From Emiliania huxleyi CCMP1516 (Eukaryota): a stretch of DNA of 64,000 bases. Positions 1 to 11,121 of the stretch are shown piece by piece (positions within the stretch are counted from its first letter, which is position 1; each line of letters begins with the position of its first letter). Location: assembly GCF_000372725.1 (NCBI RefSeq), contig NW_005201223.1, positions 218,602 through 282,601 of the forward strand. Direction: 5' to 3'. Both the position numbers and the translations under genes were made by a program. The notes under the pieces are model-generated. The model did no database searches. It was not told the DNA's origin and saw only the letters and a list, made by a program, of their open reading frames with translations.

Positions 1-684
1 GTACGTCTCTCTCTTCTCCCCGGTCCGCTTACGCCTAGTGCCACTACCGGGTAGCCTGGTCCCGCGCAGCGCGGCGGCCGCCCGAATCAATGTGTACCTG
101 TTTGCGCCGCCGCCGGCGTGTGTTACCCCGAGTTGCGTTTGTGACCGTAACGATGTAAGAGCAAGGTCACACGCGGCACTGTGGCTCAGTGAAATCAGAA
201 ACATCGCGGCGCACATACGCCACTCGAGATGCGAAATCATACTCAAAGCGTGTGTGAAAAAGTGGCATTTTAGCTCGCCGCAGTCGCACGCTGCTTGCCT
301 CCGCGCTTCTGCTTTGGCTCACGCTTGTACCTCGGTTCGCCGTAGTCCTCTCTGCAGCCGGGGCAGCCCAGGCCGTCCTCCTTCAGCCGGCCGTAGCAAA
401 AGAGGCAGACCTGTCAACGCGGTGGCGAACACGCCGTCACGGCAAGGCGCTCTGTCTGTGCTTGTCTCTAGCAAAAAGAGCGGGCCTGGTAGCCGCACGG
501 ACAGGGCAGAAAGTTGCGGTCCGTCGCATCGAGCGTCTCCATGCAGAGCGGGCAGGCGCTCGCGTCCGTCGACGCCGAGGATGCGGCGGCGGACGCGGCG
601 CCATCGCCGCCACCGCCTGATGAGGCGAGGGCCGCAGCGTGTGACCTCCTGCAACACCACACGGTGACGCCCACACCGCCGCCG
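1..684. repeat. Direct duplicate of 2950-3633 (3' part of the RING gene), ending at an N-gap
   Basis: Sequence 1-684 matches 2950-3633 at offset 2949; ORFs 38..667 and 2813..3616 share their C-terminal translation. Confidence 0.95.
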
Positions 685-1530
685 NNNNNNNNNNNNNNNN
701 NNNNNNNNNNNNNNNNNNNNNNNNNNNNNNNNNNNNNNNNNNNNNNNNNNNNNNNNNNNNNNNNNNNNNNNNNNNNNNNNNNNNNNNNNNNNNNNNNNNN
801 NNNNNNNNNNNNNNNNNNNNNNNNNNNNNNNNNNNNNNNNNNNNNNNNNNNNNNNNNNNNNNNNNNNNNNNNNNNNNNNNNNNNNNNNNNNNNNNNNNNN
901 NNNNNNNNNNNNNNNNNNNNNNNNNNNNNNNNNNNNNNNNNNNNNNNNNNNNNNNNNNNNNNNNNNNNNNNNNNNNNNNNNNNNNNNNNNNNNNNNNNNN
1001 NNNNNNNNNNNNNNNNNNNNNNNNNNNNNNNNNNNNNNNNNNNNNNNNNNNNNNNNNNNNNNNNNNNNNNNNNNNNNNNNNNNNNNNNNNNNNNNNNNNN
1101 NNNNNNNNNNNNNNNNNNNNNNNNNNNNNNNNNNNNNNNNNNNNNNNNNNNNNNNNNNNNNNNNNNNNNNNNNNNNNNNNNNNNNNNNNNNNNNNNNNNN
1201 NNNNNNNNNNNNNNNNNNNNNNNNNNNNNNNNNNNNNNNNNNNNNNNNNNNNNNNNNNNNNNNNNNNNNNNNNNNNNNNNNNNNNNNNNNNNNNNNNNNN
1301 NNNNNNNNNNNNNNNNNNNNNNNNNNNNNNNNNNNNNNNNNNNNNNNNNNNNNNNNNNNNNNNNNNNNNNNNNNNNNNNNNNNNNNNNNNNNNNNNNNNN
1401 NNNNNNNNNNNNNNNNNNNNNNNNNNNNNNNNNNNNNNNNNNNNNNNNNNNNNNNNNNNNNNNNNNNNNNNNNNNNNNNNNNNNNNNNNNNNNNNNNNNN
1501 NNNNNNNNNNNNNNNNNNNNNNNNNNNNNN

Positions 1531-2797
1531 CCCGCAGGCCCGCTGCCCGATCCTCACCGTGCTCGAGGTGCAGCAGCACCGCTACTCGGTCGCCGACTGC
1601 TGCACCATCCGAGACTTGCCCGACGACGACTCGGACGAGAGCAGCAGCCAGCCAGCGGTGCCTGCCGTCGACGCGGCTGCCGGCGACGCTGCCGCCGGCG
1701 ACGCTGCCGCCGGCGCGGAGGGCGGCGCGGAGGGCGGCGCGCCGTTGACGCTTTCGCAGAAGAAGAAGGAGCTGTGGGACGCCAAGGAGGCGCGGCTGCG
1801 GGCGACGTCGGAGCGCGCGGGCATGCCCGGTTGGTGCCTCGCCTCGCTCATCATCAAGTCGAACGACGACTTGCGTCAGGAGGTCTTCATCATGCAGCTG
1901 ATCCGGCTCTTCGTCAAGATCTTCCCGCCCGAGCTCACGTGGCTGCGGCCGTACCACATCCAGGCGCCCCTCGCCACGCCCACACAATCCCCACACCATC
2001 CCCTCGCCACACCCATGCCACCCCGCGGCTGCACTCTCGGCTCACGTCGGCTGCACATTGCTGCGATTCGGCCGCGTCGGCCGCACCTCGCACCGCCAAA
2101 CCCTCCCCTGCGCCACCGCCCGCAGGCCACCGGCCCCGACACGGGCCTGATCGAGACGATCACCTCGGCGGAGGACCTCGACCGGCTCAAGAAGACGGCG
2201 GGGTACACCTCGCTGCGCGCCCTCTTCGTGCAGCGGTACGGGCCGCCCGACAGCGACGGCTTCCTCGCGGCGCAGTCGCGCTTCATCAAGTCGCTGGCGG
2301 GATACTCGGTCGTCATGTGGCTGCTGCTGCTGCGCGACCGGCACAACGGCAACTTGATGATCGACTCGCTCGGCCACTTCTTCCACATCGACTTTGGCTT
2401 CTGCCTCGGCCACTCGACGGGCAAGCAGATCGGCGGCGTCATCGAGTCAGCTCCGTGGAAGCTCACCGCCGAGTACGTCGCGCTGATGGGCGGCGTCGGC
2501 TCGGCGGGGTACGAGGCGTACGCCCAGGGCTGCGTGGAGGCGATGGTGGCGGCGCACCGGCACGCGGACGTGATCCTCACGATGGTTGAGATCGCGGGCA
2601 CCGGCTCGAGGTACCCTTGCTTCCAGCAGACGCCGCTGCGCAAGGTGCTCGCGCGGCTGCGCAAGCGGCTCTACGTCGGCCACACCGAGGCGCAGGTGCG
2701 CGACGAGTTCAAGCGCGTCATCGAGACGGCGCGCGAGCACAAGGGCACCTACTACTACGACTACTTCCAAAAGCTCCAGCAGGGTTACGCCGTCTGA
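1531..2797 (+). CDS. Phosphatidylinositol 4-kinase (type III) catalytic C-terminus; 5' part lost in the gap; GC-AG intron 1964-2125
   Basis: IIKSNDDLRQE, LLLLRDRHNGNLM, HIDFGF, ESAPWKLTAEY and terminal YDYFQKLQQG motifs. Removing the in-frame 162-nt GC..AG segment joins PYHIQ|ATGPDTGLIE. Confidence 0.92.
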
Positions 2798-3218
2798 GGA
2801 CGCGGCCTGCCGGTGTACGCCACTCAGCCATGTCCATGTAGGCTGGCCCGCACACGCCCTCGCGCGCGCTCGCGCATGCCCCACCGAGGGTGGTCGGGGT
2901 CGGTCGGCGACGCCCATTTATTCGTGCCCGCTGGCACGCGCCGCGCGACGTACGTCTCTCTCTTCTCCCCGGTCCGCTTACGCCTAGTGCCACTACCGGG
3001 TAGCCTGGTCCCGCGCAGCGCGGCGGCCGCCCGAATCAATGTGTACCTGTTTGCGCCGCCGCCGGCGTGTGTTACCCCGAGTTGCGTTTGTGACCGTAAC
3101 GATGTAAGAGCAAGGTCACACGCGGCACTGTGGCTCAGTGAAATCAGAAACATCGCGGCGCACATACGCCACTCGAGATGCGAAATCATACTCAAAGCGT
3201 GTGTGAAAAAGTGGCATT

Positions 3219-4068
3219 TTAGCTCGCCGCAGTCGCACGCTGCTTGCCTCCGCGCTTCTGCTTTGGCTCACGCTTGTACCTCGGTTCGCCGTAGTCCTCT
3301 CTGCAGCCGGGGCAGCCCAGGCCGTCCTCCTTCAGCCGGCCGTAGCAAAAGAGGCAGACCTGTCAACGCGGTGGCGAACACGCCGTCACGGCAAGGCGCT
3401 CTGTCTGTGCTTGTCTCTAGCAAAAAGAGCGGGCCTGGTAGCCGCACGGACAGGGCAGAAAGTTGCGGTCCGTCGCATCGAGCGTCTCCATGCAGAGCGG
3501 GCAGGCGCTCGCGTCCGTCGACGCCGAGGATGCGGCGGCGGACGCGGCGCCATCGCCGCCACCGCCTGATGAGGCGAGGGCCGCAGCGTGTGACCTCCTG
3601 CAACACCACACGGTGACGCCCACACCGCCGCCGCCGCCGCCACCACCACCACCACCACCACCACCACGGAGGCAGGCTGCCTGTCCCCATGAGGCGTTCG
3701 ATGTTCTCGTCGACCCGCCGCTCCTCCTCCGCCGCCGCGAGCGACGCCGCAAGCACAGCCTTCATCTCCTCGTCCTCCTCCTCTGGCGGCGCCGTGGCGG
3801 CGAGCGAAGCTGAGGCGGCGAGCGCCTGCGCGAGCTCGTCGTCTTCGGCGGCGGAGCCGCCCTCCGCCGCCAGCGACGCTGCCAGCGCCGCCTCCAGCTC
3901 AGCCGCCTCCCGTGCCGCCGCATCCTCCGCCTCTCGCCGTGCCGCCTCGCTCGCAGCGATCGCTACGTGGAGAGCGCGCTCCTCCTCCGCTGCGGCCGCG
4001 CCCGCATCGGCCGCATCAGCCACGGCAGGGTGACTGTCTTCGGCCGCGAACGCGGAGGCTTCACTCAT
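3219..4068 (-). CDS. UIM-repeat protein with C-terminal Not4/CNOT4-type C4C4 RING (putative E3 ligase); spliced
   Basis: Four UIM-like helices (EEERALHVAIAAS, AELEAALAASL, EDDELAQALAAS, EDEEMKAVLAASL). CPLC..FLPCPCGYQ joins via GC-AG intron 3434-3360 to VCLFCYGRLKEDGLGCPGCR, stop at 3219. The first intron, across a (TGG)n/(CGG)n tract, is approximate. Confidence 0.8.
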
Positions 4069-4298
4069 CGCGGCGCGGCGCGCTCGCGCTTGCGCCACTT
4101 TAGAAAAAATCTTCACGTCAAAGACCCAAGATTGGCAGCTGTGCCTCTCTGGACAGGGTGGCCCGCCACAACGACCCCTGGAATTGCGACTCGCCGCTTT
4201 GGGGATTTTTTGAGCTTTGTGTCCTGACTTGCCAACAATGTAGGTACACCCGGGGGGGAATCCAAGTTCTTAACCGGAAGGACCCGAGGAGACAAAAC

Positions 4299-4341
4299 GT
4301 GAGTGTTAGAGTTGTTTGGTATTGCTAAAAATCTCTCTCTC
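4299..4341 (+). repeat. Dispersed 43-nt motif GTGAGTGTTAGAGTTGTTTGGTATTGCTAAAAATCTCTCTCTC (also at 49263 and 50820)
   Basis: Three identical same-strand copies, each ending in a (TC)n tail. Confidence 0.9.
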
Positions 4342-4406
4342 CCGAGGAGCAGGAGGGGCAGCAGGCCGGAGAGATATATATGTATATGAGGAGGACCCAG
4401 CTCACA

Positions 4407-6077
4407 TGATCGGCCAGGAGCGTCACTGGCGCGGCGAGCCTCGTCAGCGCGACTGCGGACGCGACAAGCAGCGATGGAGGGACGAGCCGCGACGGCGCGA
4501 TGAGCCGCGACAGCGTGATGAGCCGCGACGGCGCGATGAGCAGCGCGAGCGTTGGCCCGACGAGCGTTACGACGACCGGTACACAGAGACGAGCGCGAGC
4601 GCGACTGGCACGATCGGCGCGACGATCGGTACCACGATCCCAGGCGCGACCATGACCGGCGCGACCGCCGGCGGGGGCGAGGGGCAGCCTCAGCACAGCG
4701 ACCGCCGGTGAGTCCGCCGATGCGCGGTGCGGGATCGCGCGGCGAGCGACAGAGCTCTGCTGCCGGCGGTCAGCTCAATGCTAAGCAGATCAACGGCCAG
4801 ATCTCGAATGCTGGCAGCGCTGACGCATTGCTCGCGCTCTTTGCCGCCCACAGCGCGAGCTTGAACACATCCACGCTGCAAACCTGTGGAACAAACTGGG
4901 CCCGGGCAAGCATCGCATCGAGCGTTGGCACGAGGAGCATTGAGCGGCTGGTGCAGCGCACGCTTGACCTCGTCTCGTCATGCGAAGCACGCAACCTGGC
5001 GAACATCGCTCACGGCGTCGCCAAGTGCGGCCTGCGATCGAGGCTGGTGCACCCGCTGTACGTGGCGGTGGCGGAGGCGGCGGTGCGCGGCGGGCTGGCT
5101 GGCTTTGAGCCTCAGGCACTGGCCAACACTGTGTGGGCGTATGCGACGGCGGGCGTGGCTGCGGACGCGCTCTACGAGGCGGTGGCGGAGGCGGCGGTGC
5201 GCGGCGGGCTGGCTGGCTTCACCCCTCAGAACCTGGCCAATACTGTGTGGGCGTATGCGACGGCGGGCGTGGCTGCGGACGCGCTCTACGCAGCGGTGGC
5301 AGAGGCGGCGGTGCGGCGCGGGCTGGCCGGTTTTACGCCTCAGGACATGGCCAACACGGTGTGGGCGTTGCGACCGCGGGCGTGGCTGCGGACGCGCTCT
5401 ACGAGGCGGTGGCGGAGGCGGCGGTGCGCGGCGGGCCGGCCGGCTTCAACCCTCAGGATCTGGCCAACACGGCGTGGGCGTATGCGACGGCGGGCGTGGC
5501 TGCGGACGCGCTCTACGAGTGCTTGCGCGTGGTCAGCGGCTCCCTGGGGAGGGTCCGTCGGGTTAACTTGTAGCATCGATGAGCGCTGTCAGCTGCACCA
5601 ATGGCAGCTCTGGCTCTTCCTGGAACACGCCGCAGACGCGCAGCAGCACCTTCTCTCCGAGTCCGAGCGGCGGCTCTGCTGCGACGCCATGCACGACACA
5701 CGAGTGAGGGTCTCGGCGCTGCAGCGCTCCGTTTCGGCTGCCCTCGCCGCCATCCGTTTTGGCTTCGAGGAGGAGTATGTCAAGCCGCGCACCGGCCACT
5801 CGCTCGACCTGGCGCTGCCCTCGTCACGCATCGCGATCGAGGTGGACGGCCCCTTTCACTTCACCTGCTGCCCGACCGCCGACGGCCGGGGCGTGCGCAA
5901 ACCCTGAAACCCAACGGGCCAACCGGCTGGCGGCTGCTCAAGCGGCGCCTCCTCGCGGCGGCCGGCTGGCGGGTGATCAGCGTTCCCCGTTCTTCGAGTG
6001 GGACGCGCTTGCATTCGGCCAGTGAGCGGCAAGCCTACCTGGAGAGAATCAGAATGCATCGACCATCGTTCGCTTAA
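4407..6077 (+). pseudogene. Octatricopeptide-repeat (OPR) plus RAP-domain protein, frameshifted
   Basis: Four 114-nt (38-aa) repeats GFxPQxLANTVWAYATAG at 5101, 5215, 5329 and 5442 (the last is 113 nt on, a 1-nt deletion). The RAP motifs LDLALP..IAIEVDGPFHF, LKRRLLAAAGWRVISVP and FFEW lie in different frames. Confidence 0.8.
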
Positions 6078-6304
6078 TCATTATATATTCTGTGTTTTCC
6101 GTTCGGCCACACACGCCTCCGCGCTCCGGTGTACGTGTAGTGACTAGTTGTCCGGAAATGATGCTTGAAAGGGTGTGCGCAACAATGACAAGACTAAAGC
6201 GAGGCAACGACAAGACTAAAGCGCGGCCGCGGGCACGACAACTATCATAAAGCTGCGACCAGCCCCACCCCCCCGGCGTAGGGCGTCGCGCCCTCTCCCC
6301 ACGC

Positions 6305-7126
6305 TCATGCCTCACCCGCGTGCGGCTCGTCCAAGCCTCGTGCGTGCAGCAGCTGCAGCAAGGCACCCGCGCGACCGGACGGTACCTCCGCGGGCGGCGG
6401 CAGCGGCGGCCCGCCTGCGCCCGCCTCCACCGCGCCACACGGCAGCGCGAGCTCCGCACTAATCGCCGCCGCCGCCGCGCCCACAGGTGGGACGGAGGGC
6501 GGGGGCGCGGCGGCGGCGCTGGCGCGGCGGGGCTGCGGGGAGTGTGGCTCTCCGTCTCCAAGCGCGGCGGCCTCCGCGTCGGCGGCGATCGCCACCGCCC
6601 GCGCCGTCGGCGCCGCCAGCGCCGTCACCTGCCCGCGCGCCGCGCGCCTCATCTTCGACAGGCCCTTGCGCACCGCCTTTCCGTCGCGAGGCCGGCGCAC
6701 ATTCTGCGCGACGCGATCGTACGTGTGCGCCGCGGGCAGCGCGGGCAGGAACTCGGGTATGTGCGGGTGCCTCCGGTCGCGGCCGATGGCCGCCGCCGTC
6801 ACCGACGGCCAGAGCCCCGCCGGCGGCGCCGTCTGCACGACGGATCGCGGCTGCGTCGAAGCGACGCTGCTGAAGCGGAGGAGGTCTTGGGGCGTGCTGG
6901 TGCGGAGCAGATCGAGCGCGGCGAGCAGGTCGAGCAGGTTTGCCTGCGAGCGCCCCGCGTGCGCCGCCGCCTGCATCGCCTCGGTGCCGAGCGTGCGGAT
7001 GAAGGTCATGCAGGCGTCGACGAGGAAGGCGTGCGACGAGGCGGTGAGCGCGTCGCAGCTGGAGGAGGTGGGCTGGCCGGTGAAGGCCATCCGGGCCAGG
7101 GCAGCGGAGAGAGGCGCATCGGTCAT
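6305..7126 (-). CDS. TAF8: TFIID subunit 8-like (BTP histone fold plus TAF8_C motif)
   Basis: FIRTLGTEAMQAAAHAGRSQANLLDLLAAL histone-fold segment and HPHIPEFLPALPAAHTY motif. Confidence 0.8.
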   Translation of the reverse strand: MTDAPLSAALARMAFTGQPTSSSCDALTASSHAFLVDACMTFIRTLGTEAMQAAAHAGRSQANLLDLLAALDLLRTSTPQDLLRFSSVASTQPRSVVQTAPPAGLWPSVTAAAIGRDRRHPHIPEFLPALPAAHTYDRVAQNVRRPRDGKAVRKGLSKMRRAARGQVTALAAPTARAVAIAADAEAAALGDGEPHSPQPRRASAAAAPPPSVPPVGAAAAAISAELALPCGAVEAGAGGPPLPPPAEVPSGRAGALLQLLHARGLDEPHAGEA

Positions 7127-7247
7127 GAGAAAGAGGCGCCCGCGTTTTTCTTTTGTCTCTAATTTTTCCGTCGAGGAGAGTGAAGGAGGAGGAGGAAGGT
7201 GACTACGTGCCTCCCCGTCTTTGTAGCCTGGCGTTTGTGCCCCGTTT

Positions 7248-7322
7248 AAAGAAAGAAAGAAAACACACAACCCAAGGGAGGGATGGGAGAACGGCACGCC
7301 GCCACCACACAGGGATTTTAAG
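7248..7322 (+). repeat. Dispersed repeat (AAAG)n..AACCCAAGGGAGGGATGGGAG..CCACACAGGGATTT; related copies ~9022-9090 (+), ~43392-43472 (-) and two at ~54204-54356 (+)
   Basis: Direct sequence comparison of the five copies. Confidence 0.85.
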
Positions 7323-7459
7323 TGCCCCGTTTGTGCCGCGTCCCGTGCGCCCAAGTTCATTTTATAGGAGGAGGAAGGAGGAACGCCGCCCGCCCCCCCC
7401 CCGGACGAAAGCAGGCGGCTCTACGGAGTACCCGCGTGCCCGCCCGGCCCCGCCGTGAG

Positions 7460-8734
7460 ATGCCGTGGGGGCTTGCGCTGGTGGCGGTTGTGGCCGCCGG
7501 CCAAGTCAGCTTCTCCAAGCATCCCCAACCGCGCGGAGGCCACACCGATGCTTCCCGCAAGCACATCGATGTCTCGAACAGGTCCACAGGTGGTCTCCGC
7601 AGACCAACGCGGTCGTGTGGGCACATCTCGCATGTCGCAGTTGGCGCAGACAGCCACCAGACGCCGGGCCTGGCGCCGCTGGTCTGGTCGATCTTCAGCA
7701 GCAGCCGCAGCCCGCACTGCATCCATGTGCACGCCTTCTACTGCGAGGCGGAGCCCAGCCTGCAGAGCAGAGAGGCGATCCGGAGGGTCGGAATGGAGAT
7801 CACAATCCATGTCGTCGATCTCGAGCGGTTTCCACTGCTCCACAACCTGAGCAACTCGAGCGCCATGAACTTGGTGCGCTTCTACCTCCCCGAACTCCTG
7901 CCGGAGGCCGCCTCCTCAGTCCTCTGGCTCGACACGGACATCATCGTGCGCTCCGATGTGCACGACCTCCTCTCGAAGCTCTTCGTCGGCGCCAACCGCT
8001 CAAAGTCGCTTGCTGCCGTGGCGCGCAAGAAGGAGCTGCGCACCATCACGCGGTACCGCCCGTCAAAGCTTGGGGTTCTCAACGTGAGCACAGTGCTGCG
8101 GGGTGACGCCTTCAACGCCGGCCTCATCGCCTTCAACCTCCAGCAGTGGCGAGCGCAGAACCTGACGCAGCGGGTCGAGGCGCTTGTGCCTGCGCTTCAG
8201 GAGATCGGCCTCGCCTCGTACGCTGGCATCTCGCTCCCAGGCGGTATGCGAGCCGCGCCGAGCAGCCAGGTGCCGCTGCAGCTGCTCTTTGGGCACGACT
8301 TTCAGCGGCTCGATTCCTGCTGGAATGTGGGCGGTTTGGGCACCAGCTGGGGGCAGGGGGAGCTGCTGCCACTGCGGGTGTGGGCAAAGCAGATCGCCGC
8401 TTGGTGGACGGGGAAGGTCGCAAGGGGTTGCGCCCTCCATTGGTCGGGTGGCGACAAGCCTTGGAGCGGGCACAACCCCTTTGCGCCGCAGTACTACAAG
8501 CCGGTGCGCAAGGCGGCGATCCGCGCGGGCTATGGCGAGATTTTCCCCGGCACCCTTGCGCACGACGGGAGCGACTATTATCTGCCATGGCTGCTCAGGA
8601 TTGTTGCAATCTTCGTGGCTGCTCCTTCCGCACTCTTTTTGGTCGTCGCATTGAGACGACCAGGCTCTGGGGCGTTGCGAGCAGAACTTGTCCCACAGAG
8701 CCCATCTCGTGGACACAGTGTCAGTCTAGAATAG
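7460..8734 (+). CDS. Glycosyltransferase family 8 (GAUT/GATL-like), with N-terminal signal peptide and C-terminal TM helix
   Basis: RFYLPELLP, VLWLDTDIIV (DxD), FNAGLIAFNL, WNVGGLG and LHWSGGDKPW motifs; intronless. Confidence 0.9.
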   Translation: MPWGLALVAVVAAGQVSFSKHPQPRGGHTDASRKHIDVSNRSTGGLRRPTRSCGHISHVAVGADSHQTPGLAPLVWSIFSSSRSPHCIHVHAFYCEAEPSLQSREAIRRVGMEITIHVVDLERFPLLHNLSNSSAMNLVRFYLPELLPEAASSVLWLDTDIIVRSDVHDLLSKLFVGANRSKSLAAVARKKELRTITRYRPSKLGVLNVSTVLRGDAFNAGLIAFNLQQWRAQNLTQRVEALVPALQEIGLASYAGISLPGGMRAAPSSQVPLQLLFGHDFQRLDSCWNVGGLGTSWGQGELLPLRVWAKQIAAWWTGKVARGCALHWSGGDKPWSGHNPFAPQYYKPVRKAAIRAGYGEIFPGTLAHDGSDYYLPWLLRIVAIFVAAPSALFLVVALRRPGSGALRAELVPQSPSRGHSVSLE

Positions 8735-9129
8735 ATACAAAGTGTGCGTGAGTTGTGTGTCTACTGCGCCGGCCGAGCTCAGCTGTTTAACGTTGGGAGC
8801 TGAACCGCAGTGTTGCACTCGAGCGTGTGGTAGAACAAGTATAACACAACCAGCACACACGCAGATCACAGTTCACAGAACCACCGGTCACCGCGAGTCC
8901 GCGACAGTGCTGGGGCTCCCCAACAACAGTAGCTAACATTAAAGCGAGTCAACAGAGCCGCTGGCGCTGCACACACTGAACGTTGTGTGCGAGCCGCGTG
9001 GAACTTGGAGAGCACTTGGAACGGGAGGGATGGGAGGACGGTACGGGCCGCGACACCTCCGCGCCGCACCACACAGGGAATTTTTTAAGGGGAGAGGTGG
9101 TGTCTTAATTCTTTTTCATTTTTTCGCAC

Positions 9130-10064
9130 CCAATAACCTTGGCATAGTAGCCCAGGCGGCACCCGACTCCAAGGATACGCTGAAGACGCTGAGGAAAGCG
9201 CATGTCGCTGCGCTGAAGGGCTCACGCTATAGGGTGCTGGATGAGGACGGGTACGATGCACTAGCCCCAGCCGTCGGGGGGGTGTTGCCGGCGCTGGTAG
9301 ATGATCTCTCGGAGAAGAGCCGGAGGGACCTTGGCGCCGGGGTCACGAGGAACTTGCAAGTCGTGGCCGAGGCGGCGACGGGAGCGGTGCAGAGGTGGAC
9401 CCAGCTCAATGATGAGGCTACGGCGCGCATAATGAAGAGAGAGGAACACATCGAGTGGCTGAGGAAGCTCTTCACTGGGTGGAAGGAGGCTCGGCCGGCC
9501 TTGAGGGAGTCGCGGAGGAGGAGGGATAACGGAGGTAACGTGCAGACAGGCCAGCAGCCAGTGGGACGAACGAGGACCGCGACGGTGGCTCAAGCGGGAG
9601 GGAGCGGAGACAGTGGGCAGCAAGCGAAGTGGGTGAGACTGATGATGCTCCTCCGACTTAGGGAGCGGTTCAGCTGCTGGGCGGGCTTCAGGCTGGTGCT
9701 CACGCGAAAAGGAATCGACGCGATGTACAAAGCATACAAGAAGAGGAGAAAGAAGAGGAGGGACATCAGTGGTGACGAAACAGAAGCTAGCGCAGACGAG
9801 GGCAGGGCAGACCCGGGGACGGCGGAGTCGGAGCAGACGGCATCGGCCGCCGAGGAAACGTTGGGAAGAGGCACGAGGAGGGCGGCGACCTCAACCGACT
9901 ATGGAGGACCCGTCACCAGACGACGCAGGGCGGACGACGGGGAGGCGGAGCAGACGCGCAGGGCGAGACGAGGGAGGGAGCAGGATGTTGCTGAGATCAG
10001 CAGGAGGATGTACGACGAGATTAGGAGCAGCAGGGACCCGAGGGACCATGTGGAAGACGGCTAG
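9130..10064 (+). mobile_element. Purine-rich ORF fragment, probable 3' end of a retroelement; diverged relative at ~42560-43375
   Basis: LNDEATARIMKREEHIEWLRKLFTGW aligns with YNDKTKARAEEREKNIGWIKRLVHG (~42730-42810). Both regions end V(E/G)DG-stop (GACGGCTAG). No RT domain is visible. Confidence 0.45.
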
Positions 10065-10656
10065 TGCTAGTCCCCCATCGGGAGGACGACCCCGGCTAGT
10101 CGCCGACCACACCCACAAAGAACCCTGCACAAAGACCGCAGGGCGGGGACCTGTTCCTTTTTACCCATCTCCTAGTAGAGGTGTCCGTTTTATTTATTTA
10201 TTTAACCTTGGCATGTGAGCTCCTTCGGCAGCTCACTGAGGCGCCAGCCTCTACCGAGGCACCCCTACCCAGCCACTCGCACAGTAACGCTCAAGTGGGC
10301 GGCAAGCCGTCATCCGCCTGGCGCTGTCCGCAGGCGCAGCGCTCTGGGTGGCGGTGGCGGCGCTCCATGAGTGCGCTCTAGCGCGATGAGGTTCCTCCTT
10401 CTCCGCGCTCTCCCCGCAAGGCACGACACACACAACGCATATCCATCGCTTCGGTCGGTCGGTCGGTCGTCGTTGAAGGAAGGAAGGGGTTCGGACCCAA
10501 CCAACCGCGCCATCCTCCCGCGCGCTCACCCGTTCGTTCACCGACGCGATGGAGATGCGTTCCGCGTGGTGTGACACACACTCTCTCTCCCAGAAAGCTA
10601 CTCATCATTCCGCCGGTGGAACTCGCCGCTTTCCTCCCGCTGTGATGCTCTGTGTG

Positions 10657-11008
10657 AGCTCTGTGTCTTGGTTTGCCAACAACATACCTACTCGTAACAC
10701 ATCATTCGGCCGGTCGAGCTCTAGCGACAGAGATCAAAGGGGGCGGGAGGACAGTGGCGTGGACGAGCACGCGGGTGCGCAAACAAGTGGACGCGCGATC
10801 TGAACGTCGTCCTTGGCCACGTGCTCCGCTGGCAACCACAAGAGAGGGTGGATAGAGATAGGCGCCTCAGGCGACCGCTCGTCCTGCCCCTCCCCTCAGC
10901 AGAGCGGGCGAGAATGCTAAAGCATTCACGCCACGAGCTCTGTGTCTTGGTTTGCCAATAACATACCTAATACATCATTAAAACACATCATTCGGCCGGT
11001 CCAGCTCT
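10657..11008 (+). repeat. Direct repeat GAGCTCTGTGTCTTGGTTTGCCAAyAACATACCTA..CATCATTCGGCCGGTC.AGCTCTA at ~10657 and ~10935
   Basis: Two ~65-nt near-identical copies ~280 nt apart. Confidence 0.8.
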
Positions 11009-11121
11009 ACCCAGACCTCCGGGTACCCAAATCAGGGTTGTTGAGAACGTGGGCGACGTCCGTCCCGAACTGCGACGGGCTGCTGTCCCCCCAGCGCGCC
11101 GAACGAGCATTATCGCCCTCC

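Noticed and set aside
1..684. Apparent tandem duplication of the PI4K/RING locus
   Set aside because: Apparently identical copy ending at an N-gap within a GC microsatellite; most likely an assembly or haplotype artefact.
514..1999. Long ORFs spanning the N-gap
   Set aside because: Artefacts of translating Ns.
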